Shown piece after piece: positions 45,244 through 57,109 of a stretch of DNA of 64,000 nucleotides. This stretch comes from Emiliania huxleyi CCMP1516. Lineage: Eukaryota. The stretch's first letter is position 1, and the number at the start of each line of letters is the position of its first letter. The stretch covers positions 405,179 through 469,178 of the forward strand of contig NW_005201851.1 of assembly GCF_000372725.1 (NCBI RefSeq), written 5' to 3'. Made by a program: the position numbers and the translations under genes. The notes beneath the pieces were generated by a model, which worked only from the letters and a program-made list of their open reading frames with translations, searched no databases and was not told where the DNA came from.

Positions 45244-46941
45244 ATGAAGAAAAATCGTCGAAAGAAATTCGTCCTTGGACGTCCCAGCCAAAGTGATCCT
45301 TCCGCGCTCAAAGGAAGTGCCGACAGAGCGCGCTCTGGCATGGCCCGCGTCAAGCCGCTGCGACCACCGCCACCTCCACCGCCGCCGCCTCCGCTGCCTC
45401 CGCTGCCTCCGTCTCCGCCCACGCAGCCGCCGCAGCCGCCGCAGCCGCCGCTGCCACCGCACCCGCCGCCGAGTCCTCCGATCCCTCCCTCGCCGCCTTC
45501 GCCGCCTCCATCGCCGCCCTCACCGCCGCCGCCGCCGCTCTTTCGCTGCCACGAGATGCCGCCGCTCACTGTGGCGATAGCCAACGTCATCGTGGCGACC
45601 TTCATGGCCGAGCACCCTCTCTCGGCGCTCGCTCCGCCTCCCGAGGGCGTGGAGGTGAACACTTACGCCCTCACGACGAACGTCTATCGAGCAAACAACA
45701 CGCTCGAAAGCTTCAGCTACGAGGGCATCAAGCTCTACGGCTGCGAGCGCGACGGGATCGAGCGCGAGCGGTCGTGGTTTGAGCGCTTGCTCGACGCCAC
45801 GCCTGATGCCCTGAGCGACGTCTGGGGCGTCGCCCCCGCCTCTGTCAAGGACCATTACCTGCCAGACGCGATTCGAATGGAAGTGACCGGTGTGCGCTTC
45901 ACCGGTACACTCAAGTACCACGTCACTCAGCTCGGGATTCCGGCCGGCAGCGGCGACCTCCGCTACGAGGCGGGAGGCACGATCGTGTACGACGACATCT
46001 CGATTCGGATGTCGGACATTGAGGCGGACCGCGGCGCGGCCGGCAGGCCTGTCCGCTGTGGAGGCACCGTCCAGATGATGTCCCTCAACTACACCGGCCC
46101 CTACCACGGCTCCGAGTGGATGTACATGGGCAACTCTCCCCTCCGGCCAGACATGATGGGCTTTATCTGCGACGGCCACGAGACGGAGAACCACAACCCC
46201 CTCTCGACAGGCTGGCACTGGGTCGGCCCGGGACCGCCCCCGACCGGCCTGCTGGCAAAGTCGAGGGAGAGCCTGCAGGAGAAGTGCGCGCTCGCGACGC
46301 CCGTCGAGCGCCTGCTTGGCTTCTGCGTCTTCCCGTGGGCGTGGCCTCAGGCGATGGTGCGACTGGCAGAGATGCGCCCGGGGGCGGCGACCGCGGTGCT
46401 GGGCTTCTACTGCGTCCTCCCGGCGGCCTTCTGGCTCGGCGTCATCTGGTGCTGCTGCCGGCGATCGCGCCCCGCAACGGCCCGTGCGGCGACGCACCAC
46501 TCTCGCACCATGCGCCCGTCCGAGTCGTATGAGCCGGGCGCGCGAGACAGCTCCAAGGCGCCGCCCCCGTTCGTGCGCATCCCGTCGGAGGCGCCGGTGG
46601 GCGTCACCGTGGTGTGGTTCGTCGGCGCTCTCGTGAGCAAGTGGCGCCGCGGCAGCTCGCGCGCCGTGTCGCGCAATCCGTCGCAACAGTCGGTGACGAG
46701 GCAGTCGGCGACGAGGCGGCCGCTGCTCCGTGAGATGAGCGACGAGGTGGGAGCCGCGAGCTCTCGCCCCGCCGGGCCGACATGCGGACCGGCCCTCACA
46801 GCGCTGGTGGCCGAGCAAGAGAGGGAGCCGGCGCAGCAGCTGCTCCGGGGCTGCGGCCACGCCAGGCAGCGAGCGTCGCAGAAGCCGTCGGCTGTGACCA
46901 TCGACATCGACCGCGACAGTGCGAGCGAGATGCAGGTCTAG
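45244..46941 (+). CDS. Hypothetical Pro-rich membrane protein
   Basis: 565-codon ORF, extensin-like PPSPP tract, globular middle, TM segment VLGFYCVLPAAFWLGVIWCCC. Confidence 0.6.
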   Translation: MKKNRRKKFVLGRPSQSDPSALKGSADRARSGMARVKPLRPPPPPPPPPPLPPLPPSPPTQPPQPPQPPLPPHPPPSPPIPPSPPSPPPSPPSPPPPPLFRCHEMPPLTVAIANVIVATFMAEHPLSALAPPPEGVEVNTYALTTNVYRANNTLESFSYEGIKLYGCERDGIERERSWFERLLDATPDALSDVWGVAPASVKDHYLPDAIRMEVTGVRFTGTLKYHVTQLGIPAGSGDLRYEAGGTIVYDDISIRMSDIEADRGAAGRPVRCGGTVQMMSLNYTGPYHGSEWMYMGNSPLRPDMMGFICDGHETENHNPLSTGWHWVGPGPPPTGLLAKSRESLQEKCALATPVERLLGFCVFPWAWPQAMVRLAEMRPGAATAVLGFYCVLPAAFWLGVIWCCCRRSRPATARAATHHSRTMRPSESYEPGARDSSKAPPPFVRIPSEAPVGVTVVWFVGALVSKWRRGSSRAVSRNPSQQSVTRQSATRRPLLREMSDEVGAASSRPAGPTCGPALTALVAEQEREPAQQLLRGCGHARQRASQKPSAVTIDIDRDSASEMQV

Positions 46942-48606
46942 ACCACAGAGTCACCCCGGATACGTTCTTGCATGTTGATCTTCTGTGGCCCGGAGTACTC
47001 TGCTTTACGTGTATGTTCCTACGTTCAGTGCGGCGGTTTGTTCAGTGTAGCTGCCTGTGTTGTCGCCAGTGTGCCCGTGATCGGTGTGCGTGATGTGATG
47101 TCGTCGGAGTCTTCAGTCTACGCTTGGCGCCCTCCGTTACCGCCCTCGTACCTAGTTTGTGACGTACGGCATCGCGCCGATGCTCACGCCACTCCGCTGG
47201 CACTGCGGCAGCTCCTCTCCGGCCCACAAAGAGTGAAACTGAAAGTCGCCACAAAACCACAGACCGAGTCATTGTCGGAGAAGCTCCGCCCCGGCGCGCC
47301 GGCCCCGCGCAGCCTCCCCCGCGCGCCGCGGCGCCGACCGCCCCGGTCGAGGCGAACAAGGGGTGCCTCGGCGGGTCGTCAGCAAAGAGCGGCCCGCCCG
47401 CCCGCCGTACATGAGGACCGGCACAGCCCAGCCCGCCGAGGCTCGCTCTCCCAGCTGCCACGCGCGCGGTGGCGCTTCTCCGGCGAAATTTTGATCAAGC
47501 TCTTTGTCGACAAACCTGTGCCCGAGCTCCTCCTGCTCGACTGTGCGGCGGAACCGGCCCCTGGATGCTGAGATGTGAGGCGCCGGCACTGTGATGAGCG
47601 TCGGCAGGACCCTTTGAAATCATAAATGGCGGCGTCTGGAGAGGCCCCCACGGCCGGGGGCGGTAAGTGGGTGATAGGAGGGTGATAAACGACCATCACA
47701 TCCTGTAGACGACCGTCGCATGACTCGAGCGCTGAAGCTCATGCAGCCAAACGGCAAGGTGGCACCCGCCAGGCACCGGCTCTGCTAGATGGACATAGCC
47801 CAGTGATGCATGGCGCTCACGCCGCAGCACTCTATTGGATGCGGATCGCCGCCCTAAGCTCGAGAGCGTTGCGCGTCGCAGGCGCCGGACTGCTGCGCAG
47901 CGCGAGGCATGCAAGTTTGTGCAGCTGGGCCAGGAGGGCAGGGAGGCGGCCAGGTCCTCCCCAACGCACGCTCGACGCCTAGCCTGGTGAGCCGCGTGCG
48001 CGGTACTCCAGCTGACGCTCGTTGCTGCCCTCGGAACCTCTGGGCGCAGCTTGCCACCACGGCGACGGCGGGCCCTGCAGCCGGCCCTGCTGCGCCGCCC
48101 TTCTCCCTGAGCGAGGACAAATGGGCCACGCTGCGGGCCAGGGCCGGCTCGACGATGCACTCCTCGCCGCCTTTTGCGAGAGTGAGCTCGGCTGCGCCCC
48201 TGGCCGAAGTGCGGTGCGCGTCTTGCCATGCTCTGATCTGTAACATCCGTGGCCGCCTCCCTCGCCGCCGGCGCCGCCTCCCCCGCCCGCGCGGTGCGTG
48301 GGCTCCGGCGAGTGCCTAGGGAAGCTGACGAGCCAAAAAAAAGTGCTCGGCGATGCTGCGCGACCCGGAGCACAAGTTTCGTGGTTACTGCCAGGGCCTC
48401 GCTAACGTGTAGACCGCGTCGACTCACGCCTCCACGGTTGAGCATAGGCGGGCTACTGCCATGGCACCGGCTGGAGCACCGACTGGCCCGGCAGCGCGTG
48501 CGCGGGGCGGTGTGTGCTCCACTGCAAACCCTCCCTGCTTCCCATGCCTCGGCCACATGTCGGCCGAAGAATCCATTCGAATGCCGGTCGACTCGCGGGG
48601 CCCTTA

Positions 48607-49100
48607 GGTTCAACATCCTCCGCACGTCGGGGTACGACTTTTGCCGCAACGTGGAGTGGATGGTTTGCGCGGCGGGAGGTGAGGTCGCCCGTGATCGTCC
48701 GAAGTGAAGCGCGCGTGTGTGTGTGCACCACCCCGCGCGCTCTGAGACGCTGTCGTTGCCAGGTCACGCCGGAGTGGGCAACGGCGATATCATCTTCACG
48801 CACAAGCCGAGTGCGCTCGATATTGGCCTCCTGAACGACCACGACGGCTACCACGAGAACGACCTGTACTACCTGGAGGTGTGCGCGCTGAACGAGCTGT
48901 GCGGTAACTACGAGGAGATCTTCCGCGCGGAAGTGGGGGAGACGTTCCGGTGCAGAGTGGACGCGGAGAGGTGGGCAGCCGCCGCGGTGCGCGGAGGACT
49001 TGAGAGCGTTCGGGTGAGGTGCAGGTGGAGAGAAGCTCTGGTCTTTCGACGAGCCTGCTTTGGTTTGTGTCAACCGGTACATGTAAACGAAATATCCTGA
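48607..49100 (+). CDS. 3' exons of a Cys-containing hypothetical protein (5' part not resolved)
   Basis: Spliced read FNILRTSGYDFCRNVEWMVCAAG|GHAGVGNGDIIF...DLYYLEVCALNELCGN; canonical GT-AG intron; GC3-rich codons. Confidence 0.4.
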
Positions 49101-49456
49101 CTCGTCTAGACGTGGAGTCGCGAGGGTGGTCGCCCCTTGCCCTACCACCTTGACGCTTGCTTGAGAAGTGGTGGAAAAAGACGAAAGTGTACCTGGACTT
49201 TACCTTCTCAAGAGGCGAGCCACCGTGTGCAACTTGCGGTCTTCAGCACACATTGCGATTCTTTGCGCGCCGATGCAGACGCGGCCGTGCTAAGACAATG
49301 GCATATTTCTTTTTCTCGAGGGAGAGTTCGTGTTTAAATTCTTTTTCTCTCGGCTCCGGTGGTGTGCCGGTGATAGTACTAGCACGCGCCAGTTCGCACC
49401 TGTGTCGAGCCTGTGTGCTGTGAGAGAGAGTTCTTGTTTAAATTCTTTTTCTCGCG

Positions 49457-50923
49457 ATGTCCACCCCGCCGCGCCGCCGCTCGCGCCGCCTCGCCACCGC
49501 CGCCACCGCCGCTCCCTCGCCAGACACGCCGCCGCCCGCCCGCCTCCTCGACCTCCCCACGGACCTCCTCGTGCGCGTTGTCTCTCGCTGCGACCCCGCC
49601 GACATCTCTCGCGTCGCGGCCGTCTCGCTCCTCTTTCACGCCTCGCTTGCGGTGGAGGGCATCCGCTTGTGGGCGCAAGAGCGCGTCTTCGAGCTGCCGG
49701 CGCAGCCAGAGGGCGAGAGCTGCGCCGTGCGGTGGCTGTGCTTGTCTGCGCTGCTTTGCGAGTCCAACCCGCCGGCGAGGGCGGCGGCAGGCGAGCGGCA
49801 CAGCGTCTTCATCGACGGCGAGGGGCGGCTCTCGTCGTGCGGCAGGGCGCCGGATCACGTCGCAGGCCTCCTTGGCCACGGTGAGGGCGTGACGCGGCTC
49901 AACACGCCGGCCCGCCTCACTTCTCCGCTGGCCGTTAGCGTGTCGGCAGGAAGCAGCCACAGCCTCGCCCTCACCACCGCCGGCGCGGTCTGGAGCTGGG
50001 GCTTTGGAGGCGACGGCCGGTTGGGCCACGGCGACGAGCAGCGCCAGCTGCTGCCGAAGAAGGCCGAGGCCTTCGCTGGCCAGCGCGTCGTCGCTGTGTC
50101 GGCTGGAGCCCGCCACAGCCTCGCCCTCGCCGCCGACGGCTGCGTCTGGAGCTGGGGCGCTGGAGGCTTTTGCCAGTTGGGCCACGGCGACCTGCAGAAC
50201 CAGCTGCTGCCCAAGAAGATCGAGGCCTTTGCTGGCCAACGCGTCGTCTCCGTGTCGGCTGGAACATGGCACAGCCTCGCCATCACTGCCGACGGCGCCG
50301 TCTGGAGCTGGGGCGCTGGAGGCGACGGCAGGTTGGGCCATGGCGACCAGCAGAACCAGCTGCTGCCCAAGAAGATCGAGGCCTTTGCTGGGCGGCGCGT
50401 CGTCGCTGTCTCCCCTGGACTCGGCCATAGCCTCGCCCTCACCGCCGACGGTGCTGTCTGGAGCTGGGGCTGGGGCTTCTATGGCCAGCTGGGCCACGGT
50501 GACGAGCAGAGCCAGCTGCTGCCCAAGAAGATCGAGGCCTTTGCTGGTCGGCGCGTCGTCGCCGTGTCGGCTGAAGCCGCCCACAGCCTCGCCATCACTG
50601 CCGACGGCGCCGTCTGGAGCTGGGGCACTGGAAGCTACGGCAGGTTGGGCCACGGCGACCAGCAGAGGCAGCTGCTGCCCAAGAAGATCGAGGCCTTTGC
50701 TGGCCAGCGCGTGGCCGCTGTCTCGGCTGGAACCCACTGCCTCGCCCTCACCGCCGATGGCGCTGTCTTCACGTGGGGCAAGGGCGAGGACGGCTGCCTA
50801 GGCCACGGAGAGGACCTGTCAGACCAGCTGCTGCCCAAGAAGGTCGAGATGTGGGCGAGCCGGCCGCCGACGCCTACTTCCTCTGATGTAGAGGGCAGCA
50901 GCGGCGGGGAGGACAGTGATTAG
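49457..50923 (+). CDS. F-box-like + seven RCC1 repeats, paralogue B, intronless
   Basis: N-terminus nearly identical to paralogue A; same 52-aa repeats. Confidence 0.9.
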   Translation: MSTPPRRRSRRLATAATAAPSPDTPPPARLLDLPTDLLVRVVSRCDPADISRVAAVSLLFHASLAVEGIRLWAQERVFELPAQPEGESCAVRWLCLSALLCESNPPARAAAGERHSVFIDGEGRLSSCGRAPDHVAGLLGHGEGVTRLNTPARLTSPLAVSVSAGSSHSLALTTAGAVWSWGFGGDGRLGHGDEQRQLLPKKAEAFAGQRVVAVSAGARHSLALAADGCVWSWGAGGFCQLGHGDLQNQLLPKKIEAFAGQRVVSVSAGTWHSLAITADGAVWSWGAGGDGRLGHGDQQNQLLPKKIEAFAGRRVVAVSPGLGHSLALTADGAVWSWGWGFYGQLGHGDEQSQLLPKKIEAFAGRRVVAVSAEAAHSLAITADGAVWSWGTGSYGRLGHGDQQRQLLPKKIEAFAGQRVAAVSAGTHCLALTADGAVFTWGKGEDGCLGHGEDLSDQLLPKKVEMWASRPPTPTSSDVEGSSGGEDSD

Positions 50924-51560
50924 GGTAGCAACTCGGACGTTGGGAGAGGCGGAGGAGGCGTCGGCGGAGGAGGCGGAGGGGGCGGAGGGGGCGGAGGAGG
51001 CGGAAGAAGAGGAGGCGGACGAAGCTGCGGAGGAGGCGGACGAAGCTGCGGAGGAGGCCGCCAAAGTGCGCCGGAAGTCCGAGGCCTTGGCGGACCTGGC
51101 GGCGGCGGCGGCAGAGGTGGAGGCGGCGGCGGCGGAAGAGGAGACAGCTACGGCGGCGCTCGCCGCCGCCAAGGTGAGGCGCGCATCAGCGGTTGCTGCT
51201 TGGGCCAAGGCGGCCGCAGAGGCGGATGCGGCCCCGCCCAGTATGATGCCTAGCCGCGGAGCAAGCACTCTTCACTCTTCCCCTTGTCGTGACCCCCCCC
51301 CCCCAAAAAAAGCTCCTGTCCGACACACTGTCACACTGACTGACAGAGGTGACAGCTGTGTGTATCTCGATGCGCCCCCCTGCCCGCCCTCCGCCCAGCT
51401 CCACGGCGCCGCCGCCGGCCGCGTGCCGGCCGGATGACGTCCCTACTGCCTGGGTGTGGGACCCTGAGCGTCGACACTCAGATTCATTCAACACCACCGA
51501 TTACTAACTGCGGCAAGTAGAGACACGCCGCGCTGACACCGCGAACAAAAGCACAGCGCG

Positions 51561-54500
51561 TCACCTCCGCGGCGCCCGGCCGACCCCAACAATATCCACG
51601 TCAAGCCGCCCGCTCGCCGAGTCGACCGAGCGCACGCGGACGCGCACCGGCCTGCCGGGCGCCAGCCGCGGCACGGCTCGCCGCGCGCCTCCGTCGGCCG
51701 CACCGGCGGGTCCAGCGGAGGGCGCGCCGGGCGCAGCGCCCCACCGCGCGTGGCCGAGGAGGGAGGTGACCTCCCGCAGCCGCACCGTCACGCGCTGCCG
51801 CCTGTCGGTGTCGCCCTCGGCCGGCCGCACAACCTTGACGACGACCGCGTCGAGAGTCGAGAATCGGACCGAGCCGAAGCGGCGGCGCGCCGCTCCGCCC
51901 GAGCCGGCGCCGGCGGAGGACCGCGCCGCCTGCCGCGCGCACACCTGCGTCGGGAGCCGCCGTGTGTGGGGGGGGGGGGGGGGGGCTTTCCCCAAAAGGA
52001 ACGGGCCTCAAAAAAACGGGCGAGGGAACCCCCCTGAAAAGGGGGCGGGAGCTGGCGGCCGTGAGACGCGGGGTAGAGGGGGAGTCTCCGGGAGGACGCA
52101 ACGGGGAGGGGCGGGGCGGTGACGGAAGAAGCTGCGGTGGGAAAGGAGAGGCGCTCGGACACACAGGAGGCGCTTGCGCGCCTGCTCGAGCTCCCGCAAG
52201 CCGGCCAGGGCGCGGGCCGAGGCCTGCTGCGCCGCCAGCCGCGAGCGGATCTCGCCGCCGCGCTGGCGCACCCACCTCTCGAGCGCGGCAACCTAACCAC
52301 GCGAGAGGTGTGAAGAGACGCGCCACGCAGCTGGGGCCCATCCACGCTTGTCGCGGCCGCCTCGCCCGCCCCCATCCCCGCCTCGCCCCGCAGCAGCGCG
52401 CTGAGCTGCCGCTGGGCGATCAGGTCCGCGTACCTGCGGCAGGGAACCGAGCAGACTCAGCGGACGTCCCCACCGCGCTGCCGCCGGGCGAGCGAGCGCG
52501 GCGGTGTACCGACGCAGCGGCGCAGTGGCGACGCGCTGGTGCTCCGCCTGCGGCAGCCGCAGCGTGTTCGCGGCACGCGCCGCCCTCCTCGCCGCGTAGG
52601 AGTACATGCCGAGCGCCTGCACGAGACGGCGCAGGCAAGGCTCAGGAGAGGCGGCAGGCCGCGGCGCCGCCAGTGCGCGCCGAGCGGCGCCTGGGCGGAG
52701 AAGCGGCGACCTCCCTTGTCATTCTCTACTCACCGCGAGCCCACCCGTTGCCGACCCGCGCCTGGTCGACCAGACGGCGAGCCGACGTGTGCACCGTCGC
52801 CTCCGGCCGCAACCCGCCGCCCGCCGTCCCCTTCCACCGCACAGACGCCGCCGCCGCCGCCGCCGCCGCGCCGCCGCTGCCTCCGCCGGCCGCTCGAGCC
52901 GAGACGGCGCCTCCTCTTGCGCCGCCGTCCTCGCGCCGCTGGAAGATTGCGTCGAGGGCGGTGAGGTCGGAGTGGACCTGGCGGGGAAGGAGAGGCCACG
53001 GCTGAGGCGTGAGCCACTTGCGTCGAGGGACCGCCGGCTGGAGAGAGGCCTCGGAGGTCATGCCGTCGCCGGCTAGCAGCGAGTCGACCTGTTGGAGGGG
53101 AGGCAGCGGGCTAGCCGAGATGTGGCCGACATCTAGCCGAGGTGTGGGCGAGGTGTGGGCGAGGTGTGGGCGAGGTGTGGGCGAGGTGTGGGCGAGGTGT
53201 GGGCGAGGTGTGGGCGAGGTGTGGGCGAGGTGTGGGCGAGGTGTGGGCGAGGTGTGGGCGAGGTGTGGGCGAGGTGTGGGCGAGGTGTGGGCGAGGTGTG
53301 GGCGAGGTGTGGGCGAGGTGTGGGCGAGGTGTGGGCGAGCAATGAGTCGCACCTCGTCGAAAGAGAGGCAGCGCACGGGCGGCACCAGAGAGCGAACCAG
53401 CTGGCAGTGCCGGATGTGGCCGTACAAGTCGAGCTGCACCAGGGCGGTGAGGCACTCGTTCGGTGCGTCGTCGGAGAGGGCGGCGGCGGCGAGCAGCGGC
53501 GGCGGCAGCATGTGCAGCGGCGCGGCGGCGGCGTACAGCGACTGGAGCCGCAGCCGCGCGACCTCGTCGAGCAGCGAGCCGGGCTGCACCAGGGAGGAGA
53601 GGTCTGCGATGTGCACACCTGCTCGGGGGAGCGCACGCCTCGTCTGCACCGCAGCTCGGGACCACGAGGAAAGCTCCAGCGCTGCGCACGCCGATGGTGG
53701 CGGAGGCGGCGTCGATCGAGACAGCGTCATCCCGGAACTCCGTGTTGCCGCCTACACAGCCACCCCTGCCCCGTCACCGCCACCTCTCGCTCATGCCCCT
53801 CCCAGACCTCCGCCTCTGGCACGCCGTCAATCGCGTACGCGCGCGGGAAGCGGGCGCGCAAGTCGACGCGGTGGTCGAGCTGCTCCGAGACTGCCTCCGC
53901 ACCACCGCACCCCTCCCTCGCGTCGCCTCCTCCTCCGGCCCCCGGCTCGCCCCACCCAAACATCCCCGCCACCGACGGGGCGGCCGAGGCGGGGCGGCCG
54001 GCGGCCGGGTCGAGCAGCGGGGCGGTGCGAGCGAGCGAGCGCCTCCGCCTCCGGACGGGGGCCGCCCCTTTTGGCAAAAAAGGGTGGGGGGGGGGGGGGG
54101 GGGACGCTGGCCCCAGGGCCTCCTCCCCCCTCCGAGAGGGGCGCCTGGTGCCGCCTCTCGCCGCCTCTGGGAAAATTTGGGCGCCTTTGGGCTGCCTCTG
54201 GGCGCCTTTCAGCGCCTCTCGGCGCGCATTTGGGCGCATTTGGGGGGGTCTCCCCTCGTGCGCCGCGTCGAGCGCGGGGCGCGGGAAGGGCTCGACGAGG
54301 TCGAGGGAGGCAGGCGGGTCCCCACCGCCCTCCTCCTCCTCCTCCTCCTCCTCCTCCTCCTCCTCCTCCTCCTCCTCCTCCTCCCTCACCCACAGGCCGG
54401 GGGACAGCAGCAGCTCGCTCGCACCCTTAGCAGTCGCTGGCAGCGCAAACGACTCGAGCACCCGCGCGGCGGCGGACGAGGTGGCGGAGACGCCGATGGC

Positions 54501-54991
54501 TGCCTGCGCGGCAACGGATTTCGGCCGCATTTCGGCCGGATTTGGGCCAGACATCGTCCAAATCTCCGGCAAACCTCGGACAAGCCTCAGACACCCCCCC
54601 CCCCCGGGACCATCTCGGCCCACTCTCTCGATCTCGGCTCGATCTCGCCATCTCCAGCTCAGATAGGAGCTGCAGCTCCGACGGCGCCCAAGAGATCGCC
54701 TCGCCGCCCCGCGCAGCCACGAGCGACTCCCGCAGCGACGCGTGTGCGCGCGTCACCGCCTGAGCACGCTGCAGCGCCTTGAAGCCGCCGCCACTCACCG
54801 CCGCCGCCCTCCACCCGCACACCTCGCCGCCAGCCGCGCCGCGATCATCCGCCTTATCGGCGGCGAGGTCCAGCGACTGGCGCTTGAAGAGGATCCCCTC
54901 CTCAGACAGCAGCTGCGCCGCAGCCACACGCTGTGCAAAGACGCCGCCGCCCGCCGCGCCCGCGCCGCCCGCCGCGCCGTCGCCGCCCGCC

Positions 54992-55028
<37 letters not shown>

Positions 55029-55831
55029 AGGCGATGGCGGAGAGGAAGGGGGCGAAGAGGACACGCGCGGCCGCGTCGGGCGTCACGGCGCGCCGCTTGG
55101 CCGGCTGCGCGAGCAGCCTCGTCCAGAGCGGCCTGTGGCGTGGAGAGGGAGAGGGGAGGGGGAGTGGGCGCGGAGAAGAAGGCGGCGCACTGTGTAGGCG
55201 CCTGCTGCGGCGAGGAGAAAGGGTGCGGCGGCGATGGAGGCGGGGTGAGGGGCGCTCGAGCGGGACGGCGGGCTGCAGGAGAGCACAGGAAGCTGCACGC
55301 GCGGAGGCATCTAGGCAGAGCGGGCCTCAAGTCGAGCGCTGGCGGAGGCAGGTCGGCGAGCAGCGCCGCAGCACTGTCGTGCACCGCCGCCCACTCAGAG
55401 GGGGAGGAGGGGAGGGAGGCTGGAGGCTCGGGCCAGACGCCGACGAGCTGGCCCGCGTCGATCTTGATCGCACCGTCGCGGCCGTCGTTCCCTCCGCCGC
55501 CGCCGGCGGAGGAGGCTGCCGGAGGAGGAGGCGCCGCCAGCTCGACCAGCAGCGCTCGCGATGGCGAGGGTGCGCGGCCGCGAAAGGTGCCGACGTGCAG
55601 GCTGTTGGCGTGCCAGACCTCCACCACCGACCCCTCGCGCAGCGTGCCTCTCGGAGGCGGCTCAATCAGGGGCGGCGGAGGCGCCGCCGGCTTGGAGGGC
55701 GACTGGCCCTTGCCTGGCGACGCGGCGCGCCGAGGGCCGAGGACGGCCGCAGGGCAGCGAGGCTGCGTGGATCGAGGCGGTGCTAAGAGGGGCGTCGTCA
55801 GGCCGACGCAGAGGAGCAGGTTTGCGAGCAT
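51561..55831 (-). CDS. RNase II/R family (RNB + S1) exoribonuclease, probably plastid-targeted; many introns
   Basis: Signal-like MLANLLLCVGL; RVDLR...YAIDG...DDAVS; VHIAD; LHMLP; spliced TAPLRRYADLIAQRQL; S1-like VRVRVRSVDSASGRLDV. Confidence 0.8.
53139..53338. repeat. 11-bp intronic minisatellite (GAGGTGTGGGC)n, ~18 copies
   Basis: Seen directly. Confidence 0.95.
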
Positions 55832-55916
55832 CGAGCCAGCCGTCGCAGGTTTGCGAGCATCGAGCCAGCCGTCGCCCAGCCGTGCCCAGCAAGGGCCGGT
55901 GAAAAAGAATTTTGTG

Positions 55917-56040
55917 TGCCGCGCACAACAGTGGGCACAGGACTGGGCACGGGACTGGCGCGAAAAAGAATTTTACAACGCATTTTACAACAAAACTCCC
56001 TCGCACAACACTGGGCACGGGACTGGCGCGCACTGGCACT
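55917..56040. repeat. Duplicated GCACAACA...CTGGGCACGGGACTGGCGCG motifs with ATTTTACAAC x2, upstream of the RNB gene
   Basis: Seen directly. Confidence 0.7.
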
Positions 56041-57109
56041 AACACAGGTACACCAAGAAAATTCGGTGCGCATAAAACAGAGGGAAGAGAGAAGAGAGAG
56101 AATTCCCTTTTTTCACGACGGAGTCTCCCTGTGGTGCTATCACAGCGGCACGACCGCTTCTGGCAGGACTAGTGCTAGTGCCGCTGTCGAGGAGCACATC
56201 ACCTGCGCAGCAGAGGCGATGACGAGCAGCGTAGCAGCTGCACCGACGGCAATCAATCCCTGCGAACGACACGCTTGTATCGCCTCGCGTTGGGCCTCGG
56301 GCCAGCCGTCCTTGTGTCGCTGGGGCAGGCGCTGACACCTCCGCGATGCACGTGCCCGAGCGACAGGGTTCGGCTCTCGCGCGTAGCTTGCGCCTCCAGA
56401 CGGTGAGCGCCTCTTGGCACGAGGGATGAAGCAGCGGGAGACGCTCGTGCTCGTCGAAGCGCTCTCGAAGGAGGGCCACAAACTCACGAGACGTGTCGAC
56501 CACCCCGCATTCGCTTAGGTGGCCGACGTGGACGAGCACGTCTCCGCGGAAGGCTCGCAACGCGCGTGCATCCCACGGCTCTGTGGTGCCCTGCCCCTGC
56601 GCTAGGTGCTTGCGGTGAAGATCCATGTGGAACGGCCAGACTAGCAGCAGGGCACGCCCGTGCGGCTGGGACTTGAGCACCTCTGGCCCTCCGGCCAGCA
56701 CGGGGAAGAACTGCCGTTCAAAAAAGTAGTTGGGCATGTTACCTGTCGCCGTGTCCACTGAGGGCGGCGCGATGTCGAATGCGACAATGTTGACGCCGCG
56801 CCTGGCCAGCATGGCCGCCCAGTAACCGGTCCCTGCGCCGAGCTCGACCAGCGGGCCGAGCTTTGCGAGGCACTCGAGGGCGTCCTCCGTGGGTGTAGAG
56901 AAGGAGAGTGATAGGAACGAGTGTATCGCTTTGACGGATCGACCGTACTTGCTATCAAGACTGATGTGACGCACACAGTGACACATCAGACGACACATAT
57001 TCTCCCACCCGCCGGGACGCAAAACGCTCTCGGCGAGAGCCACAAGAAGGCGTCCACACAGCAAGCCGCTCGTCGGACAGGCGTGCTCGCTCGATGCCGG
57101 CGAGCGCAT
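56039..57109 (-). CDS. Class I SAM-dependent methyltransferase-like protein (ends uncertain)
   Basis: FSTPTEDALECL, LVELGAGTGYWAAML, VAFDIAPP, LLLVWP, FRGDVLVHVG. Confidence 0.7.
   Translation of the reverse strand: MRSPASSEHACPTSGLLCGRLLVALAESVLRPGGWENMCRLMCHCVRHISLDSKYGRSVKAIHSFLSLSFSTPTEDALECLAKLGPLVELGAGTGYWAAMLARRGVNIVAFDIAPPSVDTATGNMPNYFFERQFFPVLAGGPEVLKSQPHGRALLLVWPFHMDLHRKHLAQGQGTTEPWDARALRAFRGDVLVHVGHLSECGVVDTSREFVALLRERFDEHERLPLLHPSCQEALTVWRRKLRARAEPCRSGTCIAEVSAPAPATQGRLARGPTRGDTSVSFAGIDCRRCSCYAARHRLCCAGDVLLDSGTSTSPARSGRAAVIAPQGDSVVKKGNSLSSLFPLFYAHRIFLVYLC

Noticed and set aside
50916..51437. Glu/Ala-rich ORF after RCC1 paralogue B
   Set aside because: No proper ATG start and low complexity; at most a fragment.
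53009..56042. Long plus-strand ORFs
   Set aside because: Antisense shadows of the GC-rich RNB gene and its minisatellite.
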